A stretch of DNA of 64,000 nt, from IMG/VR virus record IMGVR_UViG_3300033183_000299, positions 43,508-107,507 of that record; one strand, given 5' to 3'. The number at the start of each line of letters is the position of its first letter. The first letter of the stretch is position 1. The notes beneath the pieces were generated by a model. The model was not told the origin of the DNA. It saw only the letters and a list, made by a program, of their open reading frames with translations, and made no database searches. The position numbers were made by a program, and so were the translations under genes. This DNA is from a virus. This document shows positions 1 through 8,747 of the stretch, piece after piece.

Positions 1-631
1 TTACAACTCTAATACGAAGTCCATGATCAATCGTATTGCCTTCTTCATCTTCAAACACAACCTTTGCTGAGTCGATACCATCACCAAGTTGAACTCGTGG
101 TGTGTGATTTTGTATTGAGTTGTTCAATGGAGAGTCTTCAAAGTCATACTCCCAATTATCTCCAGTTGTGGTCTCCGAAATAACAACCTTCATTCCCTTG
201 TTCTTATCTGCAACATGGTCTTGCAAGATGCCTTTAACATCATCGGATGATAACTCACCAAGAGCTTTGTGTGAAGCATTGAGGACTCCAAGTTTCGCAG
301 AGCCTTTTAAGTCATGAGACTTTCCAATGTCTTTAACTGTCTTCGCAAACTCCTTAAGGCAAGGTATTGTTTTTGTTGCAGAGGAAGAGTTTACCCAATC
401 AAATGATCCGGTGGTGATATCTGTCTTTTTCTTTGCTGAGATTAAGATGGTTGTATCCCCATCAACAATCTCCATGTCTTGCTTGAAGTTTGTTCCTCCT
501 CGCTTGACTACTTCAAAGTCATCGCTTAGTTGAGGATAAAGAGTCTGCGCTGTCTTTTGGAGACGCTCGATTAGATTTTCTTCGTTCTTAATTCCGGTTG
601 CGTGTGATGATCCGTCTGTTTTGTAAGCCAT
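1..631 (-). CDS. putative PD-(D/E)XK restriction endonuclease (runs off window start)
   Basis: Manually translated open frame MAYKTDGSSHATGIKNEE...KQDMEIV...ISAKKK...GSFDWVNSS. It has a GGAGG SD and lies directly downstream of a DNA MTase. The nuclease call rests on a D-x(n)-S-A-K-like motif and context only. Confidence 0.45.
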   Translation of the reverse strand, partial: MAYKTDGSSHATGIKNEENLIERLQKTAQTLYPQLSDDFEVVKRGGTNFKQDMEIVDGDTTILISAKKKTDITTGSFDWVNSSSATKTIPCLKEFAKTVKDIGKSHDLKGSAKLGVLNASHKALGELSSDDVKGILQDHVADKNKGMKVVISETTTGDNWEYDFEDSPLNNSIQNHTPRVQLGDGIDSAKVVFEDEEGNTIDHGLRIRVV

Positions 632-662
632 ATTGTCCTCCATGGTCATTTATTGTATTATC

Positions 663-691
663 AATATAACATGTTTAAATCATGTTGTCAA
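663..691 (-). promoter_or_regulatory. sigma70-like promoter
   Basis: TTGACA-N17-TATATT with TGT just upstream of the -10 box. Confidence 0.75.
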
Positions 692-1666
692 GTTTTTTCC
701 TTCATTTTTTATTCGCCTCTCGCAAACCTCGATTGCGTCTTCGCTAATGTCGAATAGAATATAGTTACGATCTAATTGTGATGCTGCAACGCCTGTGGTG
801 CCTGCTCCTGCTACCGGATCAAGAATGGTATCTCCAACGTCTGTCGACATCTCAATGATGCGTCTAAGAAGCGATACGGGCTTCTGAGTGGGATAAACTC
901 GTTCCTCTGAGCCCATAGCGATTGAATGAAGATCATCCCAATAATCTGTTGAAGGCTTGCCTTTTGACTCATGAGCATATATCTTCTTGTAGGGGTTTGC
1001 ATTCTTCTTATTGCTTGGAAAGTGAATCCGATCATCTTTGATCAGATCCTCTAAATCATCCTTGGACATTCTCCAGCCATAAGTTGGAGTATAAGTCTTG
1101 CCGTTGTGAGTAATGCTATAGTAACGTTCCGACTTGCTTTTGTCTGGTGCTTGCGTCTTTGTGTAGCAAACATGACCAAGAGCATAGTTTCCTCGACTGT
1201 CCTTGTTCTTGTAAGAGTTCTCCGCATAGTAAGAGTCCAATGGTTGATAGACCATGTTGAACTTTGGCTTCTCGATATGAGAGCACCAAAAGATCACATC
1301 AGTGCACGCTCCGAGTTTAGACTTGATGTTGTTCTTTGATCTCGAACGTTTCCAAAAGATTGGCTGAACTCTCCGAAAAAATTTTGAGCAGATCATGTGA
1401 GGAATAAGCATTTGATCTGCCGAGATGTGAAAGAAAAACGATCCATCTTTCTTTAAGACTCTCGCACACTCTTTGACCATCGGTTGCACCAAGGCAACGT
1501 ATTCATCATCAGTAAAGATGTCATCGAAGCCAATGCTATCATCATCTGAAGTTAATCGGTACTTTCGATTTGAATTGAATGGCGGATCGAAATACACAGC
1601 GTCGACACTCTTTGATTCCAGCTCTTTCAACAGCTCTCGCGAGTCTCCAAGTTTAATTATATTCAT
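680..1666 (-). CDS. DNA adenine/N4-cytosine methyltransferase (beta class)
   Basis: DPPF catalytic motif near the N-terminus, YPTQKP, and LDPVAGAGTT SAM-binding motif near the C-terminus. Confidence 0.9.
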   Translation of the reverse strand: MNIIKLGDSRELLKELESKSVDAVYFDPPFNSNRKYRLTSDDDSIGFDDIFTDDEYVALVQPMVKECARVLKKDGSFFFHISADQMLIPHMICSKFFRRVQPIFWKRSRSKNNIKSKLGACTDVIFWCSHIEKPKFNMVYQPLDSYYAENSYKNKDSRGNYALGHVCYTKTQAPDKSKSERYYSITHNGKTYTPTYGWRMSKDDLEDLIKDDRIHFPSNKKNANPYKKIYAHESKGKPSTDYWDDLHSIAMGSEERVYPTQKPVSLLRRIIEMSTDVGDTILDPVAGAGTTGVAASQLDRNYILFDISEDAIEVCERRIKNEGKNLTT

Positions 1667-1674
1667 TATTCCTC

Positions 1675-1902
1675 CTAGTATTTAATTGAGTCAACGATAA
1701 CCTCTTCAGGTTCTCGACAAAAGACATCCCACATCCACTGTCTTATTGTTTCAATACCAACGTATGTGAATAGATGTGCTTGTTCTTCTTCTAACTCGTA
1801 ATTCATAATCATCTCTTCTATCTCGTGCCTATACAGTGAGTAGAAAGACGATTGGTCACACTCTGGTGACCAAAATATTGTTAAGTCTATTCTTATAGGC
1901 AT
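1675..1902 (-). CDS. hypothetical protein
   Basis: 75-aa ORF packed between dnaE-C and the MTase. Confidence 0.6.
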   Translation of the reverse strand: MPIRIDLTIFWSPECDQSSFYSLYRHEIEEMIMNYELEEEQAHLFTYVGIETIRQWMWDVFCREPEEVIVDSIKY

Positions 1903-1905
1903 AGT

Positions 1906-4059
1906 TCACCCCAATAGTTTCCAGTTTCTTGATAATCCACCGCGTGTTGAGAAGCCCCAAGTTGCATTATATTGTGGCCACTCCAAGACATAAAGTCTGT
2001 GAGTATAGATGTGGTCCATCTTTGGATCCACTCCCCAACAGTTGATACGTTGCGTTTCCATGTTTGAGTCAATGACTGTGACTTGATAGTAAGCCTTTCC
2101 CGTCTTTGTCTTTCTCTCCGTAACATCAGTTGGGATGCACCAAGCCTTGCCTAGTTCAGGATCGTACTCAGAGATGGGCATGATGCCTTGCATCTCGAAG
2201 AACTTGTAAGCCTTTGGAGGAACAACCATATTGATAGGATAAATCCCAGTCAATGCTTGAAGGTGGTTGATACGCTCACCTTTGCTAAAGTCTCCTTCAT
2301 CTCGATACTTCTCAATGTTCTCTCCAAGTTTCTTCTTGTTCTTTGGCTTGTCAACAACAACCGCAGACCAGAAGTGCTTGTCTCCAAAGAAGCGTTCATC
2401 CATCAAGGAAGTCATCGCTCCGGCTCGACACAGAGCGTCTAAGGACTTTTTATTGACTTTTCGGGCTACGACACCTTTATCGAACAAAAGGTCTTCTACG
2501 GACGAAAATGGACGCTTACGGACGATCTCTTCAATTGCTGCTTCTCCGAGACCCTTGATGGTAGTTAAAGGAGACACAAGGTTTCCGTCAACGACTTCCC
2601 AACGAGTTCCAGATGTGTTGATGTCCAAAGGCTTAACTTTATAGCCAAACGAACGAGCAATGTTGATGGCCGCTTCTTTACGCTTCTCGGGTTCATGATC
2701 CAAGAAAGAAGCAATCCACTGATCTTGATAGTAAGTCTGAAGCCAAGCGCATTGATACGAAATGATAGAGTATGGAATGGCGTGGTTCTTTGAGAAACCA
2801 TAGCCAGAGAAGTATTCCATCTTTTCCCATAGAACCTTAGCATCTTTGAAGGACATGCCTTTCTTCTCGCAACCTTTGACGAAGCGTTCATAAAGATCTT
2901 TCTTCTTTTTCATCTTGGTCTCGGACAAACCTTTCTTGGTCAAGAGCTTACGCAATACGTTAGCGTCAGTCATTGTAATCTTATCTCCGAGAACATTCAC
3001 CAAGTTCATGATGTCCTCTTGGAATACGATAAGGCCAAAGGTCTTGCCCAACACTTGCTCAATCAAAGGATGATCATACTCAACATCGTCGTCTCCGAAC
3101 TTTGCCTTTACATACATCTTATCAACATTAGCAGATAATGGACCGGGACGATAGATAGCACTCACAGTCGCAATTTCCTCGATAGAAGACACTTTCGCGT
3201 TCTTGCCTAATCGTTGCATACCTGAGTTCATAAACTGGAATACACCAGCAAATTTGCCCTCATGAAACACCTCCTCATAAACACGTTGATCTTCCATGTC
3301 GAGAACTGACGGATGAAGGTTTTCATTGTACCATTGGCGACAGTCTTCAAAGGTTGGATTACGAACACCTTGAGAGATAAGGATGCGTTGGATTGCGTCC
3401 TCGAACATCTTAAGAGTCTCGAGACCAAGAATATCAAACTTAATAAAGCCCAATGGTTCCAAGTGACGAACGTTCTGTCCTTCAGCCCAAGGAGTTTGGC
3501 GAATACCTTTCGAAGTAATCAAAGGCATCTTCGCAGGAAGATAGTCTCCGATGATTGCTCCTGCCGCATGACGACCGATTGAGCGTGGTTGACCAATCAA
3601 GCCAAGAACTTGCTCTTGGATATGAGGATAGCTTCTGAAGAAACCTTGGAGGCTCTCGGAGTAATCACAGACCTCTTGAAAGGTCGGAGTGTACACACCA
3701 GCCTTGATGCCGTGCTTTTTCTTTGCGATTGGAGTTGCCTCAGCAAGCATAGCTTTAGTTACAGCATTGACTTCACCGAAGTTAACGCCTTCACGTTTGG
3801 AGATGTCTTTGATTAAAGAAGACAACTGAAGAGTGTTGTAGTTCGAGATGAACGCAACAGAGTCTTCGCCCCATTCCTCGACCATCTTGTCTTTGATAAG
3901 AGAGTTGTCTCCAAAGTCGATATCCACATCCGGCATCGAAGTCTCATTTCTGTTATGGACCAGAAGGCCGTTAACAGCCTCGCTGTTTCCATTTGCGATA
4001 ACCTTGATTGGTATCTCAACGTTATCTAGTTTTTCTATTTTTGATATTGTAAAATTCAT
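1906..4059 (-). CDS. dnaE: DNA polymerase III alpha, C-terminal half (with N-terminal IntC-like fragment)
   Basis: SMPDVDIDF catalytic motif, RHAAG, IKFDILGL, YRPGPL, FQEDIM, YGFSKNHA; own GGAGG SD. Confidence 0.92.
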   Translation of the reverse strand: MNFTISKIEKLDNVEIPIKVIANGNSEAVNGLLVHNRNETSMPDVDIDFGDNSLIKDKMVEEWGEDSVAFISNYNTLQLSSLIKDISKREGVNFGEVNAVTKAMLAEATPIAKKKHGIKAGVYTPTFQEVCDYSESLQGFFRSYPHIQEQVLGLIGQPRSIGRHAAGAIIGDYLPAKMPLITSKGIRQTPWAEGQNVRHLEPLGFIKFDILGLETLKMFEDAIQRILISQGVRNPTFEDCRQWYNENLHPSVLDMEDQRVYEEVFHEGKFAGVFQFMNSGMQRLGKNAKVSSIEEIATVSAIYRPGPLSANVDKMYVKAKFGDDDVEYDHPLIEQVLGKTFGLIVFQEDIMNLVNVLGDKITMTDANVLRKLLTKKGLSETKMKKKKDLYERFVKGCEKKGMSFKDAKVLWEKMEYFSGYGFSKNHAIPYSIISYQCAWLQTYYQDQWIASFLDHEPEKRKEAAINIARSFGYKVKPLDINTSGTRWEVVDGNLVSPLTTIKGLGEAAIEEIVRKRPFSSVEDLLFDKGVVARKVNKKSLDALCRAGAMTSLMDERFFGDKHFWSAVVVDKPKNKKKLGENIEKYRDEGDFSKGERINHLQALTGIYPINMVVPPKAYKFFEMQGIMPISEYDPELGKAWCIPTDVTERKTKTGKAYYQVTVIDSNMETQRINCWGVDPKMDHIYTHRLYVLEWPQYNATWGFSTRGGLSRNWKLLG
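3952..4059 (-). other. IntC-like (split intein C-fragment) peptide on DnaE-C; +1 residue is Arg
   Basis: 36 aa ending NGLLVHN followed by RNETSMPD. Confidence 0.75.
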
Positions 4060-4079
4060 TTATCCTCCGTGTTATTATT

Positions 4080-4108
4080 AATATAACACGAACAGGCATC
4101 CGTGTCAA
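4080..4108 (-). promoter_or_regulatory. sigma70-like promoter for dnaE-C
   Basis: TTGACA-N17-TATATT; the -35 box overlaps the TGA stop of the LAGLIDADG gene. Confidence 0.8.
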
Positions 4109-5049
4109 GTTTTTTTCTTAAGTTTTTGAATTGCACCCTTCACAGAGCTGTAGGTTCGGTTAGGAAAGTGTTCCTTCCAAATGTCGCACGGTCTTTTGCC
4201 TTCTTTAAAATTTTCTAATAGCAAAGACTTTTCTTCAGGTGTCCATTTTTGCTCATAGCGCTTTTTAAGTCCAAGGTAACCACATCTTTTCTCCACACTA
4301 GCGTAAGTTCTGTTTGGGAAGAACTTTTCTAACATTTGACGAACAGACATTTTTTCATGATTATCTCTTAAGATCTGATTGTCCTCTTCGGTCCACCTGT
4401 TGTAGTTTCTGTAGGTTTTTTCCTCTTTGTGCTTCATGAATTTGCCCCACTTTCTCTCCAAGAGAGGCAGATCTTCGCTGTACAGGAAGTTTAGAACATT
4501 TATTGCCGTTGATGACCCAAAAGACAATGTACAAATCCTTTTATGTTCTCTAATGGCCACGATATTCTCAACGACCTCTCTTTCCACAAGAAATTCCAGA
4601 ATTGATGATAGAAACGATTGAGTTCCCAAAATCTGCAACGATAGTTTGTTATTGCTAACGCAGATGCTTCCGTCGCCATCGATGTAGCCACAGATGAACG
4701 CCTTCTTATTCTCTATGTTTTTGAATTCTGGGAACTTAAGAGTCAAAGATTTTGCTGGTGTGATATTCCAGTTTCTCTCTAGATCCCTTTTCCATTGCTT
4801 ACTTGATAGTCCAAAAGAAATTATCTTGTAGCTTTGTCCATTCAAGCGTCTCTCGTCCTCTCTTAGGGAATAGTCTTCACTCAAAAGGTTTGATAGTTTT
4901 CTAAGGTGCTCCGCATCCTTGTAGGATAAGGATATCTTCAGTTCGTTTCCTTTAGATGAGACGTTTCCATCGGCTGCGATGAAACCCGCCCAATAAGAGT
5001 TGAGCGGGGCTTTAATATTAAAGAAGTTGTTATTTTTTTGATAGGCCAT
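4105..5049 (-). CDS. double-motif LAGLIDADG homing endonuclease with two C-terminal Myb/SANT-like repeats
   Basis: YWAGFIAADG and FICGYIDGDG motifs; C-terminal repeats RWTEED...FPNRTYASV and KWTPEE...FPNRTYSSV. Confidence 0.85.
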   Translation of the reverse strand: MAYQKNNNFFNIKAPLNSYWAGFIAADGNVSSKGNELKISLSYKDAEHLRKLSNLLSEDYSLREDERRLNGQSYKIISFGLSSKQWKRDLERNWNITPAKSLTLKFPEFKNIENKKAFICGYIDGDGSICVSNNKLSLQILGTQSFLSSILEFLVEREVVENIVAIREHKRICTLSFGSSTAINVLNFLYSEDLPLLERKWGKFMKHKEEKTYRNYNRWTEEDNQILRDNHEKMSVRQMLEKFFPNRTYASVEKRCGYLGLKKRYEQKWTPEEKSLLLENFKEGKRPCDIWKEHFPNRTYSSVKGAIQKLKKKT

Positions 5050-5086
5050 TTGGTTTTCCTCCTATCTTAAATAGTCAGGAAGCCAA
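5050..5086 (-). promoter_or_regulatory. RBS-sequestering hairpin containing ACTATTTA motif (LAGLIDADG gene)
   Basis: TTGGCTTCCT can pair with AGGAAAACCAA; ACTATTTA at 5068-5075 lies between the arms. Confidence 0.55.
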
Positions 5087-5269
5087 TAAAGCGTCTCCTT
5101 CTTGCAAGTTTTTAACCATAACCTCTTTCTTGTCTCCATTACGAGAGACCTTAACAAACAAGTTGGGGCTCAAAGTTAAAACTTCACCAGTTTCGCTCGT
5201 GAGTCTAATGTAGTCTGCTCTCTCTTTCACTTTGGAGTTTTCATCGTGAACGCCGAATAAGTCACCTCG
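5075..5269 (-). other. degenerate IntN-like tail on DnaE-N
   Basis: 64 aa after FERFLT. ADYIRLTSETGEVLTLSPN...LQEGDALL aligns with the RNR IntN ADVIKIETEDGQELILTPD...LTEEDILL. No block A Cys and no TxxH His. Confidence 0.65.
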
Positions 5270-6682
5270 AGTAAGGAAACGTTCAAAGGGAAGTCCCCAC
5301 TTCATTGGATCAATCTGCGTAATGTTCAAAAGAAAAGCAAGCAAAGACCCTGCTGCAGAACCACGAGCAGGTCCAACAAATGTATAGTTCCAAGAGAAAT
5401 CAGTAATTGCTTTTGTAGCAAGAAAGTATTCAGAGAACTTTTGAGAAGAGATAACATCTAGTTCCTCCGTCAATCGTTTTCGGTAGTGTCGCTTTGTTGT
5501 CTTGTCTGATCCGCGGAGATATGTCTTAAGAGCATCTTCGGCAAGTTCAGCAAGTGCTTCGTCAGCGCTTTTGTCGCTTGGAACCATAAAAGAAGGAAGC
5601 TGAACAGAAGTATCAGGAAGAAAATCTTCAATCTGCTCGAAAGCGATGGTTGCTGTGTTGGTGATTGATTGAATAACCAAATCATCGTCATAATCGAAGT
5701 TACACTCAGCAGAGTATCGCTTATATGATTCCCACATTTCGTGAGCATTTTTAGGATATAACTCATATCCAATTTCCTCTACAGTCTCTGGGATGTTATC
5801 ATCCATCCAAGCAGGCATCTTGCCTAACCAGCCTAGTCGCTTGTAGACTTCACGATCACGCCATGCGTTTGGATTTGGATAGTGAGAGTCACAAGTTGAG
5901 ATCAAACTGATATCAAGTTGCTTTGCTACTTTAATTAGGCATTTGTTTAGTAGATGCTGTTCCGGAATATTATTCCATTGTAATTCAGCATAAAATCTGT
6001 CTCCGAACACGTCTTTAAACTTCTTAAGGTTTCCAATCATGTCCTCTACAATAGCATCTTCGCCTTCTTCTTGCTTTTTCCACATTGACTCTGCGGCGAT
6101 ACCACCAAGACATGCTGTGGCGACGATAACGCCCTCTGAGTGTTTCTTTAAAAGCTCAAAGTCAATACGTGGCTTACGATAGAAGTAGTCTCCAGAGTAT
6201 GACTTGGAAACCATTTCATAGATGTTCTCGAGACCCTTTTGGTTTTGTGCGAGAAGAACGAGGTGACGCTTGCGACCAAGTGCTCGCTTGTCGTCTCGTT
6301 GCTCGTCTTCGATAACCATGGCGGAGTCTCCGCTTTCAATTTCTTTTGCTCGCTTCTTATCTTGAGCAATCTCGTCTCGAAGAGCTTGCCATTCTTCAAG
6401 CGAGTCAATATAGTAAGCTTCAACACCAAAGATTGGCTTGAAGTCTTTACCTTCAGCTTTCATTTCTTTTGCTCGCAACAGTTGGTACGACAAACCATTC
6501 ATGCTTCCATGGTCTGTGAGGGCAAGTGCTCGAGATCCATTCTCATAGGCAAAGTCCATGTGCTCCTGTGGGAAGCCGAAGCCATCGAACATGGAAAATG
6601 CCGAATGTGCATGAAGGCCGACAAACTCGTGGTTGTAGAGTTTTTTACCATTAATTTCTATGTAGTCACTTGTGTTATTCAT
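5075..6682 (-). CDS. dnaE: DNA polymerase III alpha, N-terminal half (PHP domain + start of palm, with IntN-like tail)
   Basis: LHAHSAFSMFDG, ALTDHG, FGVEAY, DSHY, GPARGSAAGS, FERFL motifs. Confidence 0.92.
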   Translation of the reverse strand: MNNTSDYIEINGKKLYNHEFVGLHAHSAFSMFDGFGFPQEHMDFAYENGSRALALTDHGSMNGLSYQLLRAKEMKAEGKDFKPIFGVEAYYIDSLEEWQALRDEIAQDKKRAKEIESGDSAMVIEDEQRDDKRALGRKRHLVLLAQNQKGLENIYEMVSKSYSGDYFYRKPRIDFELLKKHSEGVIVATACLGGIAAESMWKKQEEGEDAIVEDMIGNLKKFKDVFGDRFYAELQWNNIPEQHLLNKCLIKVAKQLDISLISTCDSHYPNPNAWRDREVYKRLGWLGKMPAWMDDNIPETVEEIGYELYPKNAHEMWESYKRYSAECNFDYDDDLVIQSITNTATIAFEQIEDFLPDTSVQLPSFMVPSDKSADEALAELAEDALKTYLRGSDKTTKRHYRKRLTEELDVISSQKFSEYFLATKAITDFSWNYTFVGPARGSAAGSLLAFLLNITQIDPMKWGLPFERFLTRGDLFGVHDENSKVKERADYIRLTSETGEVLTLSPNLFVKVSRNGDKKEVMVKNLQEGDALLAS

Positions 6683-6711
6683 TTGTTCTCCTGTGTTTGT
6701 TAGACAATATT

Positions 6712-6740
6712 AATATAACACGTTGTGTTGATGTTGTCAA
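6712..6740 (-). promoter_or_regulatory. sigma70-like promoter for dnaE-N
   Basis: TTGACA-N17-TATATT. Confidence 0.8.
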
Positions 6741-6907
6741 GTAGAAAGTTTAAGTTTTTTTACTTCTTCTTCATCAATCCAGAAATACTCTTGTGTTTCA
6801 AATTGATATATCTGGAATATCCTGTAGGATCGTCTTTGCTCTACATCAACAATCATGCAAAGACCATCTGCCCAAAGACACTCTATTAAATCTCCTATTT
6901 CAATCAT
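6737..6907 (-). CDS. small KOW/SH3-like barrel protein
   Basis: Manual translation, 56 aa: MIEIGDLIECLWADGLCMIVDVEQ... Confidence 0.55.
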   Translation of the reverse strand: MIEIGDLIECLWADGLCMIVDVEQRRSYRIFQIYQFETQEYFWIDEEEVKKLKLST

Positions 6908-7091
6908 TGGGCAACTTGATGGTTAACATGGGAAATTTTGTCGCTAGTATCTCCCACTCAAATGGTCCTACAATGAATGGTTCTGATCCGAATTCCTCTA
7001 CGAATCTCTCTTCTCGTTCTCGAGCCTCGCACAGAGAAGGCATGCGAGGAACATAATATATGTCTTTGTATTTTATATAAGCGTAAGTCAT
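6900..7091 (-). CDS. hypothetical protein
   Basis: MTYAYIKYKD... start preceded by a GGAGA SD; shorter than the ORF-track call. Confidence 0.5.
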   Translation of the reverse strand: MTYAYIKYKDIYYVPRMPSLCEAREREERFVEEFGSEPFIVGPFEWEILATKFPMLTIKLPND

Positions 7092-7099
7092 TTGTTCTC

Positions 7100-7441
7100 C
7101 TATTTCATGAATGCTTGGACAAGCAATAGTGTTACACAAAGAAGAAGGGATATTCCATTCTTTGCTGTGAACATTGGCTCTCCAAGAAAGTACCAAGTCA
7201 ACGGTATGAACACTAAATATCCGATACCAAATGTCGTGAAACGTATTGTCCATAAAGATTCAATCTCTGCGTAGGCGAATTTTGTTCCCAATGCAAACGA
7301 TAGAGTTGTCAAAGGAGCTGATAGGCAGGCAAATAACAATGCCTTGTTCCCCATATCATCTGCTATGATAGTGGAATTGCTTTGAAACCAAGATAAGGTC
7401 TGTCCTATAAAGAACAGGAGTACTCCGTATATAATATTCAT
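7100..7441 (-). CDS. small multi-pass membrane protein, DMT/SMR-like
   Basis: About 4 hydrophobic segments in 113 aa; YFLGEP...K..ISLLL pattern. Confidence 0.55.
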   Translation of the reverse strand: MNIIYGVLLFFIGQTLSWFQSNSTIIADDMGNKALLFACLSAPLTTLSFALGTKFAYAEIESLWTIRFTTFGIGYLVFIPLTWYFLGEPMFTAKNGISLLLCVTLLLVQAFMK

Positions 7442-7719
7442 TTGTTCTCCCCTAAGCTTCTTTCGCTCAACTCTTTATTTATCTTTCCTATCTCGTGATC
7501 AATGTCTTTTATTTCTCTCATGAGATAGTCCTTCTTTGTTCTCAAAATGTTTAGTTGATCCACAAGGTCTTGTTCTTCTTGAAGGTGTTTTGGAGCATTT
7601 AGCCCCAGTCTTTCAAGTTCAGCCATGTTTGAGCGAGATTGTTGGGTCAAGACTTCATACTGAGAAGGTTCTCTCGGGTCTGTTTCGCTTAATACTTTTC
7701 TTATTTGATCTAATTTCAT
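7438..7719 (-). CDS. hypothetical coiled-coil protein
   Basis: 93-aa ORF with GGAGA SD and heptad-like pattern. Confidence 0.6.
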   Translation of the reverse strand: MKLDQIRKVLSETDPREPSQYEVLTQQSRSNMAELERLGLNAPKHLQEEQDLVDQLNILRTKKDYLMREIKDIDHEIGKINKELSERSLGENK

Positions 7720-7729
7720 TTGTTCTCCA

Positions 7730-8677
7730 TTATTTCGCAGCTATGCAAGATGAGCCAGCCATCAACTCACGCATCTTGAATAAGCCTTCCTGCTTGTGCT
7801 TACACTCGAGCATCACATAGACATCAAACTCATAAGTTTCAACCGCTTTCCAATAAGAATCGGAGTGGGCTTGTGGTCTAATTTTAGGATTGTTATGCTC
7901 TACAGCACGAGACTGAGAGTAGTGAATGACTGGAGGAATGCCCTCTGGCCATGTTGAGACAGCCAGAGACATTGCCTCATAGTCGCTTTGACCACCAGTG
8001 CACATTGTGTGGTGATGCACGTCATGCACAATTGGAATGCCGATGACGCTGTAGATGCCGTCGTAGAGTTCTTTGGTTGAGTAGAGACTTTCCTTGTCGT
8101 CGTTCTCCACGGTCAAGCGAGACTTCACAGCGTCAGACAAGCGATGAAAGTTTTTGCAGAAGTCAGCCATTGCTTTTGGCTTGTCGTTGTAAGCCGCACC
8201 GACGTGAATGTTGATCTTCGCCCAAGGAGAGCGAGGTTGACACAAAAGATCCATCATCTTACCATTGACTTCAAGGTCTCGAATGGTGTTTTGTACAACC
8301 TGCTCATTTGGAGAACAAAGTTTGTTGAAGGGGCCGGGGTGGCAAGTCAAGCGAATGTTGTGCTCGTTTGCAAACAGGCCGGCTTCATAAAGGGCTTCTT
8401 CGATAGCATCAAAGTCTTTGAGATCTTCAAGGTTGTATTCGGAAGCCCAAGGAAAGATTTCTGAAGACATGCGAAAGAAGTGAATATCATGCTCTGCGTT
8501 CCATTTAAGGATTGTGAGCAAGTCGGTTACGTTTTGAAGAACGACCTCGGACACATAGTCGAGACCTTTCTCTTGAAATGTTTTCTTACGCATTGTGCGA
8601 TTGGTTGATACTTTCACCTTGCGAGATGAAAGTTCGGTGTTGATACAGGCATAGCCCAAGTTATAGTTGTTAGTCAT
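7730..8677 (-). CDS. uvsE: UV damage endonuclease UvsE/UVDE
   Basis: LGYACIN, FRMSSEIFP, HPGPF, NIHVG, VENDD, DVHHH, HSD, MLECK motifs. Confidence 0.92.
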   Translation of the reverse strand: MTNNYNLGYACINTELSSRKVKVSTNRTMRKKTFQEKGLDYVSEVVLQNVTDLLTILKWNAEHDIHFFRMSSEIFPWASEYNLEDLKDFDAIEEALYEAGLFANEHNIRLTCHPGPFNKLCSPNEQVVQNTIRDLEVNGKMMDLLCQPRSPWAKINIHVGAAYNDKPKAMADFCKNFHRLSDAVKSRLTVENDDKESLYSTKELYDGIYSVIGIPIVHDVHHHTMCTGGQSDYEAMSLAVSTWPEGIPPVIHYSQSRAVEHNNPKIRPQAHSDSYWKAVETYEFDVYVMLECKHKQEGLFKMRELMAGSSCIAAK

Positions 8678-8699
8678 AAGTCCTCCGTGATATGTTAAT

Positions 8700-8728
8700 A
8701 ATATAACACGTCACAGAAGACTTGTCAA
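8700..8728 (-). promoter_or_regulatory. sigma70-like promoter for uvsE
   Basis: TTGACA-N17-TATATT. Confidence 0.8.
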
Positions 8729-8747
8729 GTTTTTTTTGAAAGTTTTT

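Noticed and set aside
3949-5272. Group I intron explanation for the dnaE interruption
   Set aside because: No join has both an exon-terminal U and an intron-terminal G that restores FERFLTRNETSM. I see no recognisable group I core, and the C-half has its own promoter and SD. An Infernal search would settle this.
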